DNA from: Candidatus Daviesbacteria bacterium RIFCSPLOWO2_01_FULL_39_23
GTDB taxonomy: Bacteria > Patescibacteriota > Microgenomatia > Daviesbacterales > UBA10151
DNA length: 64,000 nucleotides
Assembly: GCA_001776935.1 (NCBI GenBank)
Contig: MFDN01000005.1
Coordinates: forward strand, 2,505 to 66,504
Direction of reading: 5' to 3'
Positions within the stretch are counted from its first letter, which is position 1; each line of letters starts with the position of its first letter. The notes under the pieces are model-generated. The model was not told where the DNA came from and made no database searches. It saw nothing but the letters and a program-made list of their open reading frames with translations. The translations under genes were made by a program, and so were the position numbers. This document shows, piece by piece, positions 37,116-46,358 of this stretch.

Positions 37116-37242
37116 TATCATCCTGATAGTCCATTGGACCAGAAGGATCTCTCAACCCGCCGAAGGCGAGGCTCGCCTCTGGCGGCTTATTTGAGATACT
37201 ACTGACATTCGTCAGAGATTCTTCGCTACGCTCAGAATGACA
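37116..37242. repeat. TGTCAT...ATGACA element with a nested twin hairpin
   Basis: TATCATCCTGA..GAAGGATCTC..GAGATTCTTCGCTACGCTCAGAATGACA. Confidence 0.88.
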
Positions 37243-37274
37243 ATTAATATTGTAGATTAATTTGAGGCTAAATA

Positions 37275-38276
37275 CTAGACAGATTTTGCAGAGCGTGCAG
37301 AAGAAACTTTTCTAAGTCTTTCCAAAAATACTTTTTGGGCCTCTAAAACATTTTCTTCTTTTCCTGCCCATACCTTTAATGCTTCATCCTGCAAAGCCCG
37401 GCCATAGGAAAAGCTTAATTGCCATCCGCCGGCTGGCGGACTAATCTTATTAATAGCAGCCAGATTTACCGTGGCTTCATCAGGGGTTTGGCCGCCGGAG
37501 AGGAAAACTATTCCCGGCACCTCTTTTGGTACCGCTTCCAAAAATGTTTCTACTGTGGCTTTGGCAATCTCTTGCGGATTAGCTTTCACTGCAAAATCTT
37601 TACCGGAAATCACCATATTAGGTTTTAAGAGCATTCCTTCTAACGCAACTCTATGTGCTTCTAATTTCTCAAAAACTATTTTCAAAGTTTTGGTTGTGAC
37701 TTCCCGACATTTTTCAAGATCGTGTTCTCCGTCCATCAGAACTTCCGGCTCCACAATCGGCACAATATCCTGTTCCTGACACAAAGCAGCATATTGGGCT
37801 AAGCTTTCAGCGTTGGCTTCGATACAAATATCTGTTGGAATATTTTCCCCAATTGTAATGACTGCCCTCCATTTGGCAAACTTTGCTCCCAATTCTTTGT
37901 ATTCTTTAAGGCGTTCTTCTAACCCTTCCATGCCTTTCGTAATCTTTTCTCCCGGACTATTTGGCAAGTCTTCTGTTCCCTGATCAACTTTTATCCCCGG
38001 CAAGATTCCTCTGTCTTCCAGATACTTAGGAATTGTCACACCATCAATAGATTGCCTGATTGTTTCATCATATAAAATCACCCCTGATAAAAATTCTTCT
38101 ATTCCCGGAGTGGTAAAAAGCATTTTTCTGTAAGCCAGATTAGTTTCAGGCACAGACTGTAAATTTATTTTATCAAACCGTTTTTGAATGGTTTTAGAAG
38201 ATTCATCAGCTGCCAGGATTCCTTTTCCCGGCGCTACCAAGGTTTGTGCTGTTTGTTTTAATAAAATAATATCCAT
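37275..38276 (-). CDS. Fructose-bisphosphate aldolase class I
   Basis: GKGILAADES, AKWR, PIVEPE, LKPNM, FLSGGQ, SYGRALQ. Confidence 0.95.
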   Translation of the reverse strand: MDIILLKQTAQTLVAPGKGILAADESSKTIQKRFDKINLQSVPETNLAYRKMLFTTPGIEEFLSGVILYDETIRQSIDGVTIPKYLEDRGILPGIKVDQGTEDLPNSPGEKITKGMEGLEERLKEYKELGAKFAKWRAVITIGENIPTDICIEANAESLAQYAALCQEQDIVPIVEPEVLMDGEHDLEKCREVTTKTLKIVFEKLEAHRVALEGMLLKPNMVISGKDFAVKANPQEIAKATVETFLEAVPKEVPGIVFLSGGQTPDEATVNLAAINKISPPAGGWQLSFSYGRALQDEALKVWAGKEENVLEAQKVFLERLRKVSSARSAKSV

Positions 38277-38306
38277 TATATCGGGACTTGTCGCCTCAGA
38301 ATAACA

Positions 38307-39293
38307 CTAATGGTGAACCCGTTTCTCTATCTTTACACCCATATCCGATACTGTCAAGGTAGTCACCTCATAACCTTCAGGCGTTAATCTTACTTTAGGC
38401 AGATTGAACCAAGTATCCTCTGTTATAGCAGAAATTGACACCAGACACTCTTCTCTCTTTCCGGAAATAAGTTCATCCAAACTCCAAAAGCTTGAATATT
38501 TTTTGTTTGTTTCCAAGTCTGCAGACCAACCTCTCCCTTCACCTACAGCTCCCAAAGCTTTGGCGGCCACAGCAGAAAGTATTCCTTCTTCAAATCCGCC
38601 AATACCCATTACTAAAAATATTCCCTTTTTATGCTTAATAGGATCTGTACAAGCCAATACAGCCGGCATAAGATCGCCTGCCTTAATAAGTATCAGCTTA
38701 ACCCCGAATCTTTGACAAGCATTGATCAAATGCGCATTTCTATCACGATCCATCACCACGACATTTATTTTGGAAGGTTTAACCCCGAAAGTAATCACAA
38801 CCTGCATTAAATTCTCCTCAATGCTTTTTTGAAAAGAAATTTTCCCCCTAAGCTGCGGGGGGCCAAATAATTTATCCATGTAGTCGATATCTTTGGGTGT
38901 CGCCATCAGACCCTTATCAGAACTTACTGCAATTATAGAAACTGCTCCCGGAGAATTTAACTTAGCAGCTTTTGATCCTTCTACCACATCGTTAACCATA
39001 TCCATCTTACGACTGCCTGATCCGAATACTCCCTCCAGGGTCGGCAAAGCCTCGCCGTATTGATGAACATGTTTTCTGCCTTCTGACCCCACTACTTTTA
39101 AAGTAAATGGAATATCAGTCAAAGCAGCGCGCATAGTGTCTGCGCCTGTTTGATCAATCAGCTTTTCGCGACTCTTTGACTCTTCTTCTGTTAAAAGGTC
39201 AGTTGAAGCAAATCTTTTTTCCACAATCAGTTTCCAAACATTTATGGCAGTCAATTCAGTTGCGCGAATAATATAGTCTCTAACTTTTACCAT
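38307..39293 (-). CDS. glpX: Fructose-1,6-bisphosphatase class II (GlpX-like)
   Basis: SEG, DVVEGS, YMDK, GIGGFEEG; adjacent to the aldolase. Confidence 0.75.
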   Translation of the reverse strand: MVKVRDYIIRATELTAINVWKLIVEKRFASTDLLTEEESKSREKLIDQTGADTMRAALTDIPFTLKVVGSEGRKHVHQYGEALPTLEGVFGSGSRKMDMVNDVVEGSKAAKLNSPGAVSIIAVSSDKGLMATPKDIDYMDKLFGPPQLRGKISFQKSIEENLMQVVITFGVKPSKINVVVMDRDRNAHLINACQRFGVKLILIKAGDLMPAVLACTDPIKHKKGIFLVMGIGGFEEGILSAVAAKALGAVGEGRGWSADLETNKKYSSFWSLDELISGKREECLVSISAITEDTWFNLPKVRLTPEGYEVTTLTVSDMGVKIEKRVHH

Positions 39294-40437
39294 AATGATT
39301 TTTTACCAATTCTAAAATCTCTTTTTTGAATCTTTCTTTGGAAAACTTTTCAGCATTTTTTATACAGTCTTCCGGATCCCATCCAGAGGATGGTCCGCCT
39401 TGGGCGGAAAATTTTTGTAAAGCTTCCATTAAATCATCTGCTGTTGCTACACCAGGACCTCCATATAAAACGCCTGTTTTACCATCAATAACAGTTTCCA
39501 AAAAACCCCCTGAGGCAGGCGCTATTACCGGCGTACCAACAGCTTGTGCCTCAATTGAGGTAATCCCAAAATCCTCATCTTCTGCCGCGACTATCAGGGC
39601 TTTGGCATTTTGCAAAAGTTGAATTCTTTCTTCATCGCTCACCCATCCCAGAAATTCAGTGCTTTTAGCTTTTAGCTTTTCACTATTAGCTTTTAGCTCA
39701 TCTAATTGCGGACCTGTGCCAGCCACCTTAAGCGGCAAGCCCAACTTTCCGCAAGCCTCCACTACCACCTCCACTCCTTTCCCTCTTACCAGTCTACTCA
39801 ATACCAAAAAATAGCTTTTCGCTGCTAATGGCGAATGGCCAACAGCGAATAGCTCTAAATCCACTGGCGGGTAAATCACCACACTATCTCTTCTGTAGAA
39901 CTTTTTAATCCTTGCGGCGATATTTTTGGAATTGGCTATTAAAATATCCGGCCGCTGGGAAACTTCAAAATCATAAATCCGCATAAAATGATTAATAATC
40001 TCCCCACTTATTCTGGTCCACCAGTGTTTTTTGTAATTAAAGCTTGTGACGTAACCATACAAAAATCTGGGAGGGGTATGAATGTAACTTAAATGCAGAG
40101 TTTCGGGCTTGGTGATAACAGCTTTAGCTAAGTGAGTAGCAGATGAAGATGAAATCACCAAGTCGTATTCTGACAAATCAAAGCTTTCAAACATCATCGG
40201 TCCAAAAATCCGGAAAGGAGAAAGTAACCGGTTGGCAAAAGGAAATTTCTGAAACCAGGAAGTTCTAATGTCCCAACCTGCAAATCTTTTTCCATTTTCT
40301 CCCAGTTTCTCAGGATTATAATAAGCAGTAAAAAGGGGTGCCTGGGGAAAAATTTCATGCAAAACCTCCAAGACTCTTTCTGCTCCGCCGTACTCCCTTA
40401 AATAATCATGCACTAAAGCAACTTTTAAATTTTTCAT
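39280..40437 (-). CDS. Glycosyltransferase family 4
   Basis: HDYLREYGGAERV, EDFGITSIEAQAVG. Confidence 0.92.
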   Translation of the reverse strand: MKNLKVALVHDYLREYGGAERVLEVLHEIFPQAPLFTAYYNPEKLGENGKRFAGWDIRTSWFQKFPFANRLLSPFRIFGPMMFESFDLSEYDLVISSSSATHLAKAVITKPETLHLSYIHTPPRFLYGYVTSFNYKKHWWTRISGEIINHFMRIYDFEVSQRPDILIANSKNIAARIKKFYRRDSVVIYPPVDLELFAVGHSPLAAKSYFLVLSRLVRGKGVEVVVEACGKLGLPLKVAGTGPQLDELKANSEKLKAKSTEFLGWVSDEERIQLLQNAKALIVAAEDEDFGITSIEAQAVGTPVIAPASGGFLETVIDGKTGVLYGGPGVATADDLMEALQKFSAQGGPSSGWDPEDCIKNAEKFSKERFKKEILELVKNHYGKS

Positions 40438-40470
40438 AAATTTACCCTGAGCGTAGTCGAAGGGCTACCA

Positions 40471-41286
40471 TCATATTGCTTTAGCTGCTTCAATCAACTC
40501 GTCAAAACTTAATTTGGTGGGTTTACTGTCCGGGGCAGAAGCAGAACCGCAAATAACCATATGATGGGATTGATGCAAAAACCAGGAAGCGTCAGGATCC
40601 AAAGCTTTCACTTTGTCATAAATCGGTTCTAAATCAATCTCAAAAGAAGGAGTAAAAAATTGCACCCCGTGGTGTTTAGGGTGGTATATTAAGAATAAAT
40701 CCCCTTCCTGTTCCCTGCAGAACTCCCTATCTACAGTTTCTGAAACTACTGCAAAAGATTTACCTAATTTGGTTTGAAACTCAACTTTCTTTTCCCAATC
40801 TATAACAGATTGCTGTTTTCTTTTTAAAACGGATAAAATCCTGTCTAAAATCACAATCCCTAAATCAACTGATTTTTGGGAATTTTCTGCTGTTGAATCT
40901 TTACACCTGATAAAAGCCTGCACGCTAAATTCATCAAACTGGCTGTCCGGCGCCCTGCCTGTATCAATTAACCGGTTCCACTCCGTTAACGTGTCTAAAG
41001 CAGCTCTTAAGATTTCATCTTTGGGGATATAATTTTTCTTTTTTAAGTATTCATAAACCAGGGTTCCTGCACAGGTATTATCAAGATCTTCTTTGTGCTC
41101 ATCAAATTTGCCTCCGCCTGTACCTAAAAAAATTTTATCTTCATTTTCTTCCTTTTGGGCAGCATCACGGGAGGCGGATATAAACTCAATCTTCGCATCT
41201 TTAAAATCAGGATGATATTTTTTAAAAAGCCAGATGGCAGCAATATCATCCAGGTGCGGGTTTATATGCGTGACTAATGTTTTCAT
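40471..41286 (-). CDS. Hypothetical protein, possibly a DHH/MYG1-like hydrolase
   Basis: THINPHLDD, GGGKFDEH; start moved to ATG 41286. Confidence 0.6.
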   Translation of the reverse strand: MKTLVTHINPHLDDIAAIWLFKKYHPDFKDAKIEFISASRDAAQKEENEDKIFLGTGGGKFDEHKEDLDNTCAGTLVYEYLKKKNYIPKDEILRAALDTLTEWNRLIDTGRAPDSQFDEFSVQAFIRCKDSTAENSQKSVDLGIVILDRILSVLKRKQQSVIDWEKKVEFQTKLGKSFAVVSETVDREFCREQEGDLFLIYHPKHHGVQFFTPSFEIDLEPIYDKVKALDPDASWFLHQSHHMVICGSASAPDSKPTKLSFDELIEAAKAI

Positions 41287-41302
41287 GTATAATGATTCTA
41301 CC

Positions 41303-42235
41303 ATGATCATGCTTAAAAAACTTACTTTTGCCCCTTTTTTCCTGATAGCTTTTTCTTTACTGATCCCGCAGATTAATTCCCTTCTTGCTTCTTATGATTT
41401 TATTTTTTCCTTATCAGCAAACAGTTTAATTCAGCTTATTAAAATTGCCTTTCTCATATCCCTTGCCTGTTTATTCTTTTCCCTGTTTGTTACTTTGGCA
41501 TCAGACTTAAAAATAATCCTTCCAGTCATTATTCTGTCTGCTCTTTTACCGTTACTTTTCCTAAATACCAGCCTTGCTATTATTTTAGTTGTAACCATAA
41601 CAATTAGTTTATTTCTGACTTATCTGTCTCTTCAAAGCACGCTAAAAAGCTATCTGACATTTCAACCTGCTGCTCTTTTAGGGCCGGCTGTCAGGCATTT
41701 ATCAGGCTTTTTAATCTTATCTTTTTGTTTAATCTATTTTTTCTCAAGCAGTAAAATTATCGCCCAAAACGGCTTTCAAATCCCTGATTCATTAATTGAT
41801 ACAGCCCTCAAAATGACTCCTCTTCCGGCCCAGAACCAATCAGGACAAACGGAACAAACCCAATTGCCTGCCATTTCCTCTGATCAAATCAAACTGCTGA
41901 AAAACAACCCTGAATTGTTAAAACAATCAGGCATCGACCCAAAACTGCTGGATAGTTTATCTGTTCCCCAAGAAGCTATTGAAGCGCCGGCAGATTTAAT
42001 TAAAGACACCATCAAACAAACAGTCAAAGACCAGGTTCAAAATTTTATTAAACCCTATGCCTCTTTTATTCCGGCTGTTCTAACCGTGCTTTTATTTATT
42101 ACCCTGCAATCTATTACTTCTTTTATCAATCTATTAATCTATCCCTTGATTTGGTTAACTTTTTTGATTTTGGAAAAAGTAGGCTTTACAAAATTCACAA
42201 CAGAAATGAGGCCGGTAAAAAAACTTATGGTTTAA
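41303..42235 (+). CDS. Multi-pass membrane protein
   Basis: Hydrophobic ORF; start moved to ATG 41303 (or 41309). Confidence 0.72.
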   Translation: MIMLKKLTFAPFFLIAFSLLIPQINSLLASYDFIFSLSANSLIQLIKIAFLISLACLFFSLFVTLASDLKIILPVIILSALLPLLFLNTSLAIILVVTITISLFLTYLSLQSTLKSYLTFQPAALLGPAVRHLSGFLILSFCLIYFFSSSKIIAQNGFQIPDSLIDTALKMTPLPAQNQSGQTEQTQLPAISSDQIKLLKNNPELLKQSGIDPKLLDSLSVPQEAIEAPADLIKDTIKQTVKDQVQNFIKPYASFIPAVLTVLLFITLQSITSFINLLIYPLIWLTFLILEKVGFTKFTTEMRPVKKLMV

Positions 42236-44532
42236 ATTTTCAGAAGCTTCATTTCTCCCCAGTTTGGGCCGACTTTTAAATCAACAACCACCGGCACAGA
42301 CAACTTTAAAGCATCTTCCATTCTACCTTTAACCATTTTGGCTACATCCTCAACGCATTTTGGATCACATTCAAACAAAAGCTCATCATGAACCTGCAAA
42401 ATTAGTCGGCAGCTTTTAGCTATTGGCTGTTGGATATTAGCTGCCAATTGCGAACCGCTAACAGCTAACAGCTCCTTATCTATCTCCACCATTGCCTTTT
42501 TAATCATATCCGCCGCCGTACCCTGTACCGGATGATTAACAGCTGCCCGCTCGCCTGCTGATTTAATCATCCTGTTGTCTGCTTTCAGTTCCGGAATATA
42601 CCTTTTCCTGCCCCAGATTGTCTCAACAAAACCTCTTTCATATCCAAATGCCAAAGTTTGCTCCATCCACTCCTTAACTTTTGGAAATTGCGCAAAATAT
42701 TCTAAAATATATTGCTGGGCAATCTCAAACGGGACACTTAATTGCCTGGATAGCGCCCGCGGGCCCTGACCGTAAAGGGTGGCAAAATTTATGGTTTTAC
42801 CAACCATCCTTTGTTCTTTTGTCACCTTGCCCAAAGGGATGCTGAAAACTTTAGAAGCTGTGGCAGTATGTATATCCACTCCTTTTTTGAAAGCTTCTTT
42901 TAAACCCGGGTCATCTGCCAAATGCGCCATTATCCGGAGCTCTATCTGCGAATAATCAGCTGCCAGTAAAATTTTACCTTTGGGAGCAATGAAAGCTTTG
43001 CGTATTTCCGAACCAGCTTCGCCTTTAACCGGGATATTTTGTAAATTTGGATCTTTGGAAGAAATCCTGCCTGTAGCAGCTCCTTCCACATTAAAGGTGG
43101 AATGAATCCGTCCATCTTCCGCCACTGCTTTTGGCAAAGCATCAATATATGTGGAAACCAGTTTAAAAAGCTGCCGGTATTGGAGCAGTAACGATATTGC
43201 AGGATGAGCAGATGAAAGTTCGCGCAAAGTATCTTCATCAGTGGAACGGCCGGTTTTAGTTTTTCTGACAACCGGCAACTTTAATTCATCAAAAAGCACC
43301 TCAGAAAGTTGTTTTGGACTGTTCAGATTTATCTCATGCCCTATTTCTGAGTAAATATTCTCCTCAAGCTTTGACAATTTGGCTTTCAGTTCCTTGCCAA
43401 ACTTATTTAAAAACTTAAGATCAACCAACACTCCGGCTTTTGACATTTTTTGCAGAACTTGCCCAACTTCCTTATCCAAATCGGTTGTAGTTTCATTCTG
43501 CATCGCTCGGGGGCCTGTCAGCTCGGTTAGGGAGTCGTTTAGACTCCCGCTCGCCGTATTCCGCGAGCCCCGCCGTGCATCCTCGTTCGTTTCACTCACT
43601 GCGGCTACGCGTCGGGATCCCTCCTCGCTGCCACCCCTCGCTACTCCATCCAGTCTTCCTATCAGGCTCTTAAACTCCAATTCTTCAAATAGTTGAACAA
43701 CTTTTTCCCTGTCAAAATCATGCACCTTGCATTTCCCCAGGTCGAGCTTAATCGGAGCCTTCAGATCTAGAGTAGCCAGTTTTTTACTCATCACGGCAGA
43801 TTCTGCGCCTTCGGCGAGTAAAGCCTGGGTTCGGGCGGGCAGAGTTTTTAAATTTTCCGGTTTGTATATCCCTTCAATTGTTTCAAATTGATGGATCAAT
43901 TTAGTAGCTGTAACATCCCCAATCCCTGCAACCCCCGGGATATTATCCGATGCATCCCCTGCCAAACCCTTATAATCAGTAAGTTGCGCCGGATAAAAAC
44001 CATACTTTGCTACAAATTCCTCAACTCCATATAAACCCACATCAGCAATGGTTTTTTTAGGCATAAAAATTTTGGTGCGCTCATCAATAAGCTGCATAAT
44101 ATCTCTATCCCCTGTCACGATAATAATTTCCAATTTACAATCCGCCAGCTGGCGGACAATTTTCAATTTTCTTGCCTGCACAGTCAGGGTGCCAATCAAA
44201 TCATCTGCTTCATATCCGGATAATCTAAACTCCGGAATATTGAAAGCATGAACCACCTCGTGAACCCTTTTATATTGGCCGGATAAACCGTCATCAGCAG
44301 GCCCCCGGGTGGCTTTATATTGGGTATAGGCCTGGTGCCGGAACGTCGGACCCTTTTCATCCCAGGCAACAGCGATAAACTGCGGCACAAGCTCTGAAAT
44401 TGCTTTTAAAATCATTGAAGAAAATCCATAAACTGCATTAACCAGCTCACCCTTTGAGGTGGTGAAAGGAGGAACAGCATGATAGGCCCTATGAAGCAAA
44501 GCATTACCGTCAACCAAAACCAATCGTTTCAT
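42232..44532 (-). CDS. polA: DNA polymerase I, apparently lacking the 3'-5' exonuclease domain
   Basis: LVDGNALLHRAYHA, EADD, ADYSQIELR, LQVHDEL; 766 aa. Confidence 0.95.
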   Translation of the reverse strand: MKRLVLVDGNALLHRAYHAVPPFTTSKGELVNAVYGFSSMILKAISELVPQFIAVAWDEKGPTFRHQAYTQYKATRGPADDGLSGQYKRVHEVVHAFNIPEFRLSGYEADDLIGTLTVQARKLKIVRQLADCKLEIIIVTGDRDIMQLIDERTKIFMPKKTIADVGLYGVEEFVAKYGFYPAQLTDYKGLAGDASDNIPGVAGIGDVTATKLIHQFETIEGIYKPENLKTLPARTQALLAEGAESAVMSKKLATLDLKAPIKLDLGKCKVHDFDREKVVQLFEELEFKSLIGRLDGVARGGSEEGSRRVAAVSETNEDARRGSRNTASGSLNDSLTELTGPRAMQNETTTDLDKEVGQVLQKMSKAGVLVDLKFLNKFGKELKAKLSKLEENIYSEIGHEINLNSPKQLSEVLFDELKLPVVRKTKTGRSTDEDTLRELSSAHPAISLLLQYRQLFKLVSTYIDALPKAVAEDGRIHSTFNVEGAATGRISSKDPNLQNIPVKGEAGSEIRKAFIAPKGKILLAADYSQIELRIMAHLADDPGLKEAFKKGVDIHTATASKVFSIPLGKVTKEQRMVGKTINFATLYGQGPRALSRQLSVPFEIAQQYILEYFAQFPKVKEWMEQTLAFGYERGFVETIWGRKRYIPELKADNRMIKSAGERAAVNHPVQGTAADMIKKAMVEIDKELLAVSGSQLAANIQQPIAKSCRLILQVHDELLFECDPKCVEDVAKMVKGRMEDALKLSVPVVVDLKVGPNWGEMKLLKI
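43505..43641 (-). repeat. Family C structured repeat, in-frame in the polA linker
   Basis: Read as ARGGSEEGSRRVAA...ELTGPRA; homolog of 15694-15791 with an extra internal hairpin. Confidence 0.88.
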
Positions 44533-44552
44533 GATGGAGAAATTTTAGCATA

Positions 44553-45575
44553 TTACTTAAACAAAGTTTTGGCATAATTTAAATACTCCGGATGGCCATT
44601 TTCAGCCATGAAATACCACCACTCGACCCCCCAAAGATAAGCCTCATCAAAGCCGGTTTTTTGAAAAAAATTAATGTAATTTTTTAAATCTTTGGTTGTA
44701 AAAAATTGCGCCTGTTGCACAGGTGGAATAAATTTGCCGTGTGCAAGCCATGGTTCAGCCTGCAGTTCCACCACAATAGTTTTTTTGTTACCGGGAGCAA
44801 AAAATTTCCTTATAAGAACTGACTTGATATTGTAAAGATATGGCGGTATCGGATAAGTTGCATACCTCAAAAACCTATCGTATACTTGCCTGTACAAAGT
44901 TGTCCCAAATACATCCGAAAGACGCATGGATGTAACCCAAAGGCCCAGTTCCCCTGAATCTGTTAAAATAACAGTCTTATCGCTAAGACTTCTGACAAGC
45001 TCAACCTCTTCTCTTAAAAAGTTTTTATCCGGTTGATCGCAACCCTCCCCAAAAACCTGCAAAAGCGGTTCATTCTCTACCTGCCAGGCTGCTATTGCAG
45101 GATTATTTTCGTATCTTTCCACCACAGTGCGGACCAACTGCAAAAGCTCCTTTTTTCTGCTCTCAACGCTTAATTTTTTTGCCCAGGAAGGAATATGGCA
45201 TTCAGGCCAGCGCGGCTGCCTGGCGCCTACTACTAAAATCACCTCTGCGCCCTTTTCCTCAGCCTCCTTCAGCATAAAATCTGTCTCTGAAAAGTTATAT
45301 TCAGAAGGTGCAGGCTCCAAAATCTCCCAATAAGTTGGGATTCTTATCCTGCTTACTTTAAGCTCATCTAAAATCCTAATATAAGTTTTTTGCCAATCAA
45401 GCTTTAAATATTTTGCATATTTTGGAGAAAATGTGACTCCTAAATTGACCTCAGTTGGAAAACTATAAAATTTTTCAAACGCCATCTCCCCCACCAGTAT
45501 TACCACCAAAATAACTAATAAACTAATTACGGCAATAATAGTTGGTAATTTAAGATGCAGGAAAAATTTATCCAC
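44553..45575 (-). CDS. Membrane-anchored clan GH-A glycoside hydrolase-like protein
   Basis: N-terminal TM, WQVENEP and VELQAEPW motifs. Confidence 0.75.
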   Translation of the reverse strand: MDKFFLHLKLPTIIAVISLLVILVVILVGEMAFEKFYSFPTEVNLGVTFSPKYAKYLKLDWQKTYIRILDELKVSRIRIPTYWEILEPAPSEYNFSETDFMLKEAEEKGAEVILVVGARQPRWPECHIPSWAKKLSVESRKKELLQLVRTVVERYENNPAIAAWQVENEPLLQVFGEGCDQPDKNFLREEVELVRSLSDKTVILTDSGELGLWVTSMRLSDVFGTTLYRQVYDRFLRYATYPIPPYLYNIKSVLIRKFFAPGNKKTIVVELQAEPWLAHGKFIPPVQQAQFFTTKDLKNYINFFQKTGFDEAYLWGVEWWYFMAENGHPEYLNYAKTLFK

Positions 45576-45611
45576 ATTCTAACTATATCTTATTGTATAA
45601 TCGAATCAAAT

Positions 45612-46358
45612 ATGTACGCTAAAAAACTTAAAATAGCTTCAATTATTGTGACATACAACCGGGTTGAAGAAGCAAAAGCCCAAATGGATATCATACGCGA
45701 GCTATGGCAGCCAATGTTTGAAAGCGTTGATATCTACCATGAATTCAACGGCGAAAAGCTCTGGCACCCTCAAAAGTATAAGGAAGATTTCCTTCACCGC
45801 CACAAGCCGATGCCTCATTTTGTAGGCGCAAATCATATGTTAAATCAGGGTATTAAGCATGTTTTAGAATCGGGTAACAAATATGATTATATTATTGCCA
45901 GTTCAGCTGATGTATGGTTTTATGATCCGAAAAAAATCAAAGAAGTTATTTTAAAATGCCATAAAAAACAATCACAGCTTGCAACATCATTATGGTTTGG
46001 AGTAATTTTATCTACGGAATTTTTTATCATTACGCCGAATCTGGCTAAAAGAGTTTTCCCTTTGCACTTTACAAATATTATTAATAAATATAAACCTTTA
46101 AAATGGGCTTACTCCAAAGTCTCCATCTTTGAAAATATCTTCACCCTACAGGTGATGCGGATGCTAAAAAATCCCGCTAAAATTTACCTTATCCCGGGAA
46201 GAAGAACTATCTGGCCTCAAAACAGATATTCTTCTGCCAATTTTTATGCCTCCCATCACGACCGGAATCAGAGAAAAAGAGATATTTCTATAAAAATGAA
46301 AGATATCCTGGGAAATAAAATTAAAAATATGCCAAGCTTAACTAAGTTTCTGAGTTAA
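45612..46358 (+). CDS. Putative glycosyltransferase (GT-A-like)
   Basis: IIVTYNR N-terminus, SADVW; start moved to ATG 45612. Confidence 0.55.
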   Translation: MYAKKLKIASIIVTYNRVEEAKAQMDIIRELWQPMFESVDIYHEFNGEKLWHPQKYKEDFLHRHKPMPHFVGANHMLNQGIKHVLESGNKYDYIIASSADVWFYDPKKIKEVILKCHKKQSQLATSLWFGVILSTEFFIITPNLAKRVFPLHFTNIINKYKPLKWAYSKVSIFENIFTLQVMRMLKNPAKIYLIPGRRTIWPQNRYSSANFYASHHDRNQRKRDISIKMKDILGNKIKNMPSLTKFLS

